This document shows positions 39,301 through 51,290 of a DNA stretch of 64,000 nucleotides, one piece after another. Both the position numbers and the translations under genes were made by a program. Position 1 is the first letter of the stretch. Each line of letters begins with the position of its first letter. This DNA comes from Podarcis filfolensis. Lineage: Eukaryota. The notes beneath the pieces were generated by a model. The model worked only from the letters and a program-made list of their open reading frames with translations. It did not search any database and was not told where the DNA came from. The stretch lies in NCBI GenBank assembly GCA_964270895.1, contig OZ185441.1. One strand, given 5' to 3'.

Positions 39301-42300
39301 GCCCTCACCCTCTTTGTAAAGGAGCTTTGAAAAAGGGTAATGTAATTTACCTCTAGTTTGCAGCCCTTGTAGAAAGAATCCTCTTCTTCCTTGAAGAAGA
39401 TATCTGTTCCAGTTTCCTCCTTTAAAACTTCTCTGATATCTTCTTCCAGATAGGCAAGGGGCTGTGACTAATCAAACAGGTAAAATACATCAAGCAGAAG
39501 GCAAGTCGGGAAATGATTTCTCCTAAATATCATAGCACTAGGTACACTACTTTAAAAAAAACATTTAATTCCAATGCACAAGTAATTCAACTGTAGTATT
39601 ATTTAATTTACGGAATATCCAGAAGCAATCCAGCACAACACTATGGAAAGAGATGAGGACATTAACAACCAATCAAACCATGCTTCTCTATATATCTATA
39701 TACTAGTACAAAGGATTACCATTAAACTTTCAAAAGAAGAAAAAACTGGTTTGAAGCAAAGTAACATTGCCTATCATAGCATAGTCTTATATTTAAATAG
39801 AAGTCCCACTCTAATAATGATGTGATTTCTTACACACCCTCCATTAGAGGAGTTACAGCAATTTAAAACTTAATATTTAAAACAGTTTAAAATCAATTAC
39901 ATTAAAAAATAGGTCCTGAGCTGTGTCTGTGTGTATGTGTATCCAAGGCAATGTGAACCAAAAGTTACGTAAAAGGAATATGAACCAAAATTCTACATAC
40001 CACAATTTTCAGAGGACCATATTTTTTTTCCTGAGCAGCTAAAGCATTCTTAAATGGAGTAGGGGTCCTTGGTGTTGTACCTAGCAGCGATCTTCTAATA
40101 GTAGGTGTCCTAAAACTTTCCAAAAACCGAAGTTATTTATGCAGTGTGTTACTATTTAGATAGTCAAAATCAGTCATTTTAAGTAAAGGATTCTTGGAGA
40201 GTGAATCCACTCCCCCACTTTCCTTTGATGGTATTTGCAAAGTAATTCTTCAGCACATCTAGGTTTTGTTTTGTTTTTAATTCATATCTAAAAGCCATTT
40301 AAAATGAATCATATACTTACCCTGCATTTTCTTTTTGATCTTTGGGTGTTACTTCTTTATTATGTAAAGGTGTGGTAATAAGAACCTTTTGGCCACAAAT
40401 TGGAGTTGATGTAAAGGCAGGATTTTCAATGTTAAACTGCTCATTTCCAGAACAGGTGTTGAAGAACTGCACATAAAACAAGAACACAAATTGTTCCATG
40501 TAGATTGAGCAGTATTCCCTCAAACTGTCTCCGACTACCAGTTGTGAATCTGCTTATACAGACTTAACTATTCTGGTTTTGCTTTTATTACTCTGCCCCA
40601 TACACACAGTTATGAGCTGTCCAACTTGTAGCAAGACATATTCTCATTCACTATCATGCTATTACGAAGATTTCATAAGCATGATTCTCTACCCTTAGGT
40701 CAGAGAAGAACAATGGGCTGTACCCAGGTATGTTTTACACCGTGTAGAACTATCACTGAATACAAGCCAATCAGTTAATATCAACAACATCATTAAATAA
40801 ATAAATAAATTTCTATACCACCCTTCATCTGAGGATCACATTGCTGTCTTTGCAACTAATTCAAACTACCGTATTTTTCGCTCTATAGGACACACTTTTC
40901 CCCGTCCAAAAATGAAGGGGAAATGTGTGTGTGTCCTTTGGAGCGAATGCAGGCTTTCGCTGAAGCCTGGAGAGCGAGAGGGGTCGGTGCGCACCGACCC
41001 CTCTTTCTCCAGGCTTCAGGAAGCTATCCGCAAGCCTTGCGAGCCTGGCGGGAGTTCCCGCTGGGCTCCCAAGGCTTGCAGATAGCAGCCTGCATCCCGA
41101 AGCCCAGGGAGTGCTGCACAGCGCACCCCGGGCTTCGGGCAGATATCCGCAAGCCTGGGGAGCCCAGCAGGAGTTCCCGCTGGGCTCAGAAGGCTTGCGG
41201 ATAGCAGCAAGCTCCAGGAGCAAAGGCGAAGTTGCGTGCAACCTCGCCCCCGCTCCTGGACCCGTTCGGGGGAAGCTCAGGCTTCCCCCGCCCCAGCCCT
41301 GCGGCTAAAAAGGAACCAAGATAGCGAGCGGGATCCATCCCACTCGCTGTCTTGGCTTCTGCCAAAGCCACACGCAGCCTCTCCCAGCTGGAGAGGTTGT
41401 GTGTGGCTAAAGAGGAAGCCAAGACAGCGAGTGGGATGGATCCCATTGGCTGTCTTGGCTTCTTTGCTCTTTGGGGCTGGGGGCAGGGGAATAATTTTTT
41501 TTCTTTATTCCCCCCCCCAAAAAAAAAACTAGGTGCGCCCTATAGAGCGAAAAATACAGTACCTTTCATTCTACTTTGACCTTTTGCTGAACTTTTGGAG
41601 TAATCATTGCAATATTTTCAGTGTTTTTCTGTAAAATTGTTGGCTTAAAGCTGTGTTGGATTTATGCCATTCAGATAACACTGGAAACAATACTAAATTG
41701 TATGCAAGTCATTTATAGAGCCAATTCCTGCCATGACACAATCCAAGATAGGTCTGAGTCACTTATAGTTAAAATGTGCAGAACCAATGTACTGAGCAGG
41801 GAAGAGCTGCATACTTAACTACACAATTGTTACAAGTGAATGAATAGTGTAACATCATCTTTTATTGATTTATAGGATTTAGTAGATAACCCTGCCTAAC
41901 CTATTCAATAAAAGCAAGTTTAATTACATCAATTTTATTTACCTGGGAAGGAGAAAAGGGTAGTGTTTTCACTGGTGTTTGTTTTAGTGCAAAATTGGAA
42001 CCACTGCTACATGAACCATCGTTCTGTTCATTGACTGATGGTGACAGTCCAGTTCTAGTTTTCTTCTTCTTGCGCAAAATAGTTGGAGGAGTACTGAACT
42101 TGGCTGTAGTTGGAGATGCTGACTCTTCGTCGTCACTTGATTTTTTGCCATCTAGTACAACACTTACATTAAACTGGCACTCCATGGCCCCATCGTTGTG
42201 CTGAATCCGCATTAGTTTTACTGGAGCTTGACTGACAGGGGACGTAGCCGCATCAGAGAGGTCAAAGCTGGTGACGTCACTCCATGCTACAGGATCCTAC

Positions 42301-45300
42301 AAGGGGGAGAAAGAAACATTGTGCCATGTGTTTATTGGAATAAACAGAATTATTTATCTCAACAGAATTGGACTGGTGGGATCAGTTGCTTAACTGTGCA
42401 CCATCATTCTAGCACAAAACGACTAAATTTAACTCTAGTCCTTAAGTGCATGTCTTTTTAGTTTGAATTCAGTCTCCTAATTTTCTATCATCTTATTCCA
42501 GAATGTTAATTCCTAATTCTGCATTGTTTTTCTTTACAAAAACCAATAAAGCAGCTAATAGTGAAACACTATTATTATGTAGCACTTGCAATACATAGAA
42601 CAAATGATATATTTTGTGCTAATGTTAATATTGTTTGTTTGTTTCTCTTTTGCATATTATGAAAAATAACTGTTTATTAAAGGCTGGAAATAAAATGATT
42701 CAGACTTACAGACTCAATGAGTTCTAGTGTCTCTGCAAATTCTGGAATGGTCTGTAGAGATGACAAAACCGCATTTGCCTCCACAGCCAAATATTTGGTA
42801 GGAGAGTTCTGCTGAGCTGTTGCAGTCTGGGTTTCATCCAGATTATAGAAGTCATTTGTTTGTTCCCCAAGGCCATTTAGGGCATTTGTCATACTATCTT
42901 CCATGATGAAGCCTCCAGACCAGTTAGAAAAATTTCCAGCTTGCTAAGAATACAAAAAGTGTTGCTTTTTATTGATATTAAACATGAAAGATGACTAACA
43001 TAAATTACTTTTAGGCAACCTAGGTCCCACCTGCACTATTCACTTAAAGTAGTATCACCTCAGTTTAAACAGTCATTGCATCACCCAAAGAATCCTGGGA
43101 GCTGTAGTTTGTTTGTTTTTTAGTGTTGGGAGAATGGTTGGGAGACCCCAATTCCCCTCTCAGAACTACTATTCCCAGAGTTCCGTGGGAAGAAGGTCTG
43201 ATAATTACCTTATTTTTCGCCCCATAGGACGCACCGCCCCATAGGACGCACCTAGTTTTTTGGGGGGGAAATAAAGAAAAAACATTTTATTTCCCCCCAG
43301 ACGCGGGGCTGGCGCGGGGGAAGCCCGAGCTTCCCCAGCCCCCAGAACAGGCTGCTGCCTGCAAGCCTTGCGAGCCCGGTGCGCGAGGCTTGCCGACATC
43401 TGCCCAAAGCACGGGGCTGGCTCCTCAGCTCACCCCGTGCTTCGGGCTGCAGGCTGCCGGCCCAAGCCTTGCGCGCCCGGTGGGACCTCCCGCCGGGCGC
43501 GCAAGGCTTGCGGACATCTGCCCGAAGCACGGGGCGGGCTCCGCAGCTCACCCCGTACTTCGGGATGCAGGCTGCCGGCCCAAGCCTTGCGCACCTGGCG
43601 GGACCTCCCGCTGGGCGCGCAAGGCTTGCCGACGTCTGCCCGAAGCACGGGGCTGGCTCCGCAGCTCGCCCCGTGCTTCGGGCTGCAGGCTGCCATCCCA
43701 AGCCTTGCGCGCCCGGCGGGACCTCCCGCCGGGCGCGCAAGGCTTGCGGATAGCTTCCTAAAGCCTGGAGAGCGAGAGGGGTCGGTGCGCACCAACGCCT
43801 CTCGCTCTCCAGGCTTCAGCGAAAGCCTGCATTCGCCCCATAGGACGCACACACATTTCCCCTTCATTTTTGGAGGGGGAAAAGTGCGTCCTATAGGGCG
43901 AAAAATACGATAAACAACACTGATTAGCATTTAGGCTATAGTTCAAGCATGCTGGGATTCTAAGGGAAACACATTCCATATGCAAAGAAAGAGCCAATGG
44001 CAGAAATAGCACAGAAGCTACTGTTGTGCATGCAGCTCCCTTCCTGCAACATTTCCTTTGCCCTCCATAATTTAGCAATGAAAGGTATGCAAAGCACCAA
44101 GCCTTTCTTCTAAAAACTCTAAGATAGTTGTCCTAAGAAGCACATTATGTCATTCAAGCTGTCTCAACTGCCCCTCCCTCTTGTCCCACTGTCCCAGTGT
44201 GCAGGGAAAACCAACAGGATTCCCTCAAGGATTCCTGTATAAGCAAAGGAGAATGGGGAAGCAGAATACACATGAAACAAATCAGAATCATAAAGCTCGT
44301 TCATTAATTTGTTTAAAATATGAACAGTAAAAGATCATTAGCCATCATGACATCATGACATTTATAGAAAAAGTTCTTACAGATGAGACTCTCTTTCTCC
44401 TGATTTCATTCTCAGCCGACATAAGTAACAGCTCAAGTTCCTTAATTTTTTTCTCTTTGTCAGGATCATCATCAAATGGCTGCTGATGCATACATTGAAG
44501 GAAAAATAACAACACCAAAGGACAAAGTGTTAGGGCACATTACTGAGAATGGCAACATATTTGCTGTTATAATTTTCTGCAAACTCAATTAAACTTATCA
44601 AAGTTCTCATTCAAAACATGGGTTGCCAACACAGAGCCCACAGGTTCACATGCATCCAGAGGCCTTCCCTGGTGCCCATAAGGTCCACCCCCACTGTCCC
44701 TCCTGACTGCTTTTCAAGATTAGTTGCAACATAGGAGAAATTCTGAAGGGTCACAGGCTCACAGCTGCAGATCATTATTCTGCCACCCCATGCCAAAAGG
44801 ATTCCTCACAATACAAGTGGTCTTCAAAGAAGCCCTCTGTTGGCTACAGTAGGTTTCGGAAGCTTAATTTACAATGGAGGAGAGGTGATTGTGGGTTGCA
44901 GCTAGGGAGGAAAGGATTGTTGTTTTCCTGCCCAGCTGCAACTCTCCAAAGTTGCAAGACCTGAGCGCAGAAGCACTCTCCCCTCCAGCGGTTTCCAGCA
45001 ACTGGTATTCAGAATAGTTTATTTTAAACTGCAGTATTGTTTAATACGATGTGCTAGCCAGGCCACTGTAGGCCACACAATCTCTATCTCCCCACCCCCA
45101 AAGAAAAGGGGGAACACCTTATAACCTTTGAAACTAATCTTATAGACACATTTTTCGCCTGCACAGAATTCTTCTCAAAATGCTCTCCTAGAGGTCACAT
45201 TATATACAAGCCATTATTCATTTTAACGGATCTGTTGCTCAACACAATCCTGGTGATAAAGTCCTTAAACTAAAACATTTGCATGCTATCTGCCAAATAT

Positions 45301-48300
45301 TTTCATAAAAAGCTTAAAAATTCATCATTATAGATAGAACTTACCTGAATGAAATTTGAAGAAGTTGTGACATGGTCAATGCAGTTGCCTTCTGTTGAAA
45401 CATACTGATATCCTGGGATCTAACAAATCAGAACTATTCTTTATATACTGATTTTATACACTTTATACACATTTTTCAATTTCAGCAATTTTATAAAATT
45501 TGACACATACTTCTTTTCAAAAACTGATTAATTTGAGACAAATGAGGAACTCTCAGGTTATTAAAGAAAATTTATCCACCGTATCACTTTCATTACAATA
45601 TCCATTTATCACACTTTTAATTTATCACAGTATCACTTGGAGACAAGAGCTCATTTTCCGAGTTAAAAAAAGGCTTATTGAGGCGGTAAACATTGGATTT
45701 TTAAATAAAAATTCTGAAGATATTTCCTCAACAACATTTTTTTTTAACAGCAATAGTTTCTTTGTGATATAAGTTTTAACAGAGTGAGCAACCTTGGTAG
45801 GGTTGGCAAGATGCAATGCACATGCTCTTAGATGGAACTGAGTATCCTGACACGTCTCAGTCTAAATTAGCTGCCTACTAGCTTTCAATGTTTCACTGTT
45901 GATATTTAAAGCCCTAACCAACTTGGGACCAGGATACATACTGTAGCAGACAGCCTCCCTTGGCATAAACCAAGCCCGTCTTTTTTGTAAACCGCCTTAA
46001 TGTTTTTTTCCACAATCAAGCAGTATATTAATTTTATGAAATAAATATATTTCTAAGTTTTCACAAGGAGAAATGGGCCTTCTCAGCAACAGCACACACC
46101 TCAGGAATATCCTCCTTTGGGCCATTCATGAGGCAAAGACAGTAATAACTTTTAAATACCTCTTAAGAACTAACATTTACTCAAATTTCCTGGACTCCAA
46201 CTAACTCCCCAACCTCTGTTTTGTACCCTGCCCAATTTGTAATACATAGTTTGTTATTCTTCATCTATTTTTGGAAACATTACTCAGTGTCATTTATTAT
46301 GATGGTTCTTACACAAACCACTTCAATTTTTATTATATCCATCAGTATTCATCCATCACTATGCATTTTTAATAAATAAATGAAACAGAAAACGTCTATA
46401 CCAGAAAAAGAGGGAATTTCAGTGGATTAGCTTGTCATGCCAGCTTCATCTAGTGAAATCCCTTGCTTTACATAACTATGAAAGGTACAGGAGCATTGCC
46501 TTATTTTTCACCTGGCTAGCCATAGCGCTCAGCCAAATTTCTAAAGTCCTTTGCAGAAGACTAATCTCTTCAAAGACCAAGAATGAAGAGAGAGCAGAAG
46601 AGGAGGTGTAGAGGGGGATGTGAAAAGAGAAAGGGCTGCTGGGAGAAATAAAAACAGCATCCCCATCTCCAACACCACTGGAGAGAATGTAGCCCTTGAT
46701 AGAAAAAAGTACTCATCCATTTTAGTATATGCTTCCCCCGCCCTTCTTAAATAAAAAATGTAGACACACACAAAAGGTTCTGAAAAACTTACATGTGCCT
46801 GCACTGGTATGTAGAACTGATTTGGGGTATGAAGATGGTCTGTAGATGCACAAGTTTTGTGTGGCAGTTTTGACGAACAAGGTCGCTCAGTCTTGATTCC
46901 ATCTTGTAAATATCCTTCTTGTTCTACTTTTCTTCGCATAGTGGAGTTCCAATGATTTTTGATAGAATTGTCAGTCCTAAATAAATCATGGGACAGATCA
47001 GGCCAAAGTCAAGCAATATAAAGTCTCATGTATTCAATGGATGAGAGTTAATCACCTGCTTAACTCTTATTGAAATGAATTAAAACATAAATAATATTTA
47101 ACTTTGGCTGCATTGTGCCCAAAATGTAGAAATTATGTAGTTACATATTGCATTGACCTGAGAGCTTAGCTACATCAAGATAGAAACAATGAGAGAAATA
47201 ATGTCTTGAGAAGGAAAGTTACCTTTCGATACTTCTCTAAATTAAAAAGGGGAATTTCAAATATTTCTAAAACAGTACAATATTTATTTTTCATAATAAT
47301 AGAAAGGGACGGGAGATCTAAGAGGATTCTTCCTAACAGAAACTTGCACAAGTAGAATTTAAAAATGTTTCTCTTCCTCCTTTGGATTCCACCCAAGTAT
47401 TAGTTTCTTTGTTATTGGAATCATAGCCGTCTGGAGGAAGGAATCTGTATTACTTTAACTGCTCCGAATATAACATTAACAACTATTTGATTCAGATTTT
47501 AAAATAACTCAAAATGCAAGATAAATTGCAGAGCAGAAAAGAGGAAAGGTATGCTATATGATAAGCAGGACATTTGTAATTATTTAATCAACAAATCCTG
47601 CAAAATCCACCGCAAGATAATCCATTTCTTGGATATTTCTTCCTAGTTCACCCTTTAGAAATAAACTTTTACACTATCAATTCCTTCTATTCTGATTCTG
47701 GGGAGCAAGTACACAGCTTAGCTCTGTAACATTCTTGGCATGGCAGGGGTTGATGGGAGAGGGGAAAATAGATGTTGCAATATCAAGCAACATCGTGGGT
47801 GCTTGAAGAAACTAAAGGAGTTCAGAAGATTGCTGCCTGGTTACTTGAGCCAGAAGGCCACAGGGCATCTAATATACCAAACTCCCTTCTTCCCTTTTCT
47901 AAGCCTCAGTGGTTACTGGTTGATGTAATCATGCCTGCCCAGAAACACATGCAAGGAAGGACCGCGCTCCTACAAACATACACACACACACACACACACC
48001 CCAAACTTGTGCTGCTCTACAAGTTTAAGAGAAATCTATGGAGATCAGTTGGGGACACTGGATGCTTAGCAGGATTGGCCAGGCAGAGGGATATTTATTG
48101 CTATGGCGCAGCCTACTGCACAAAAACATTAAGACATGGCATAGAGAAGGGTGGAGCTTCTTTGAACATGCTAATCTGGGAGTGGGGGGAGGCCAGTCCC
48201 AATTATTTTGGAATAGGTTTCAGAAACCTAGAAATAACAGTGTGATTTTACCTTCCGGGAAGCAACTTCGCAATTTCAGCCCATCGATTTCCCAAGCGTT

Positions 48301-51253
48301 TGTGAGCTTCATAGATGATTCTGTCCTCCTCCTCAGTCCATGAAGATTTCTTTACCTCAGGATTAAGGTGATTATGCCATCGTTCTCGACATTGCTTCCC
48401 TATTCTTCCTTTTAAGTGCTTTGCAATCAAAGACCAGCGCTTTGGACCATATTTCTGAACAAGCTCAATAACCTGCAACACAAATTGAACAGCAACAGTA
48501 TGCAACTGATTACTATATAAGAAAACAATAGCCATATTCATGATAAAGAATTAGAGAATCTCAATTACATTTATTTATGCTATTTGTACTTGGAAAAAAA
48601 TAGTAATACTGAAGTAGTACAAGATTGTGTCAAGCAAAATGATAAACAGTTATATTTCAAAAGTTCCAAAAGACAGAGTGACATTGACTTTTTAAATAAA
48701 AATTGTACAGCATCCAACCAATGAGAAAGAAAATGCATTTTGGAAAACAGTCTGAAATATATCACTCTTCCTTTCCACATACTGTGTGGCCAAGTACAGG
48801 GTGAAATGAGAAAGCTTTTAACATGTAAGAAAAACAAACCAATTGTTACATTTTAACACATCATAGTTAAATACATGACAGTGTTGTGAAAAACTGATAG
48901 CATTATCCTATGAGAAATGAAATCAATTTGGGAAAATATTCAAGCAATTTAATTTATATTTTGGTTTTCATCCAAGTAAACTCTTAAGAGCACAACAATG
49001 GGACTGTGAACCCCATCCTACAATTGAGTTGGCCAAAGGGTAAAAGCAGTAAGGTAAAAGCAGGGTAGTGCACTCTTGGGCAATCCTACTGTGCTTTCAG
49101 AAACATAATTAATAATCAAGAAAAATATAGATCACTTACCCTCTGATCCTCTTCCTTAGTCCAGGGGCCTTTAATAAGTTCTGGATTCAGGACTTTTTGC
49201 CAACGGTGCTGGCACTGAAAATCAGAACGATTCTGCAGAAGAATGGGGGGGGGGGGGGGAAATCACTGTATAATTCCAACTGAAGACTCCATAAGGCTCC
49301 AATATACACCTGGAGCTTCCATTAGGAGCATTGTTGTTGACTTCAGTGTGGGAGACATCTTGGCACATGCAATGGAGATGCATGTGTGGCTTTTGAACTC
49401 TTGTATGTAAAATAAGAAAAATCTCATTGAAATAATTTCTACTTACTTGTAGATGACTAGCAATAAATGTCCAGTCACTTGTACCATGCTGTTCTACTAG
49501 CTTCTTCAGCTTTTCATCCTGTTAATACAGTTTTTAAAAACTTATAAATAGACACATGACATTAGATCTAAACATAAAGAAAAGCCATTACCTGGTTAAG
49601 GCTCACCTCATCACGCGTCCATTTTACTCTGTTACATAACTTCTTCGTTCCTTTTTGTTGTGGTACTTCATAGTCATGATCTGCATAGTGAAGGTCATCA
49701 TCATCTTCCTCACTGCAAAGTGCAAGCTAATATTAAGTTAACATTGACAGTGAAACCATGCTTACACAACAGCTCGAGAAATCTTTTTTAAAAAATAACA
49801 AATCATCAACAGAAGGCCCAATTCCAATTGTGGAACAGTAGCATGAGGGAAGGACAGTTTTCCTTCATCGTTTTCCCATTGACACCCCCTGCACTGCTTT
49901 CAGTTAAGAAAAAGATGTAGGGCATCCAAGCAAAAGATTCAAATATTCCATTTAGGCAGGATCCAATACGGTCCTGAGATTAATGTCCTGGGTTTCTCAA
50001 CTTAGTATCATTTGTTTTATATAAGGTCTGTCTTGTTGAAGAAGGGTGACTGCAAAAGAACTTGTTAAATTTTTATTGGAAAACCACAAACATAACTAAA
50101 GAAGTGTCCAGATTGCATTAAAGGTGGCCCTGTCTATAGGGAAACACACCATACATTTTTTCTATGTTAAATTTATTTCTATACAAGAATGCTGTCAGCA
50201 AATAGCATTAAGCTGGGAACTCATGATGAAATAAAAGAAATAGGAAGAAGATTGTCATCACCCTTGTACCTCCTTGATGCCTGTGCGCCATCTACTGGAC
50301 AAAAAAACTAATTTCAAAACTATTGGGTGTTTACATCAAAAAATTTATTTGTCCATATTTGTATCACCCTTCCTTCCAAAAAGAGGGTATAACAATTAAA
50401 GAACAGGAAAAAACCCACTGGCTTCTCACATCCATCCCCTTTACAATATCTATTTGTGACACAATATTAATATATGTAAATGCCCTTTTTTGACAAACAT
50501 GTTTCAGCAGCTGTTTCCCTTCAGCCTTTCTAATATATGTGCAGAAATAAATATTTTCAAATTTCCAATACATGTGAGGTGTAAGGTTACCAAAGAGCTA
50601 TGCTTTTTAAATTACAGACAACAAGTGTACTACTGGTACATGATAGTCCCTGGATAGCTGGCGGGTTTGGTGGCTCTGGATACTTTAAAGCCAGTCTAGA
50701 CAGATATATGTGCACACATGCATGTGTACAGGATTGGGGTAAAAGCAGACACTGAGGAACAGAGAGAAGGGGGTTTACAACTCTATTGGGATAATAAAAA
50801 GCAACACTATCTCTGAAGCATACTCTTTCCACATTTCCTCTGCCTTCATCTAACTTAGGCTTTGAGTGTTTATGGAGACAAACACCTGTAGTTTATCGGT
50901 TGCTTAACCCATGATGTAATCATGAATGTCAGCATAACTCTCAGTCACCAAAGGGTTTCCTTTTCTACATTGCTGGATGCCTTCCTTGGTGTGACACTTG
51001 TTAGAGAATCCACACAAGAGGAAGTGAAGCAACTGTTCCTAAATAGTATTGAAGAAATCCTATTCTTCCTAAAGATACTTCCTTGTAAGGAATGCACTGA
51101 TTTCCCTAGTGTAGAAAACAGTAACACTACTTTGAGGAAGCTGGTACTAGTGCCATGATGCAAAGTCACAAACCACTGTATAAAATCAAGTGAGACAAAT
51201 AAGTTATCCCATGTAAACTTTTTAGGAACAATGTTCCCATGTACTGTAATATA

Positions 51254-51290
<37 letters not shown>

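Noticed and set aside
40861-41579. Several 65-126 aa ORFs
   Set aside because: Same cause, in MITE copy A.
43362-43750. Regularly spaced palindromes resembling a CRISPR array
   Set aside because: The intervening sequences are themselves repeated (no unique spacers), the period is 118 bp, the array is inside a TIR element in a vertebrate intron, and there are no cas genes.
43205-43930. Stack of 120-180 aa ORFs on both strands
   Set aside because: Products of the GC-rich palindromic tandem units inside the MITE; no DDE/D transposase motifs.
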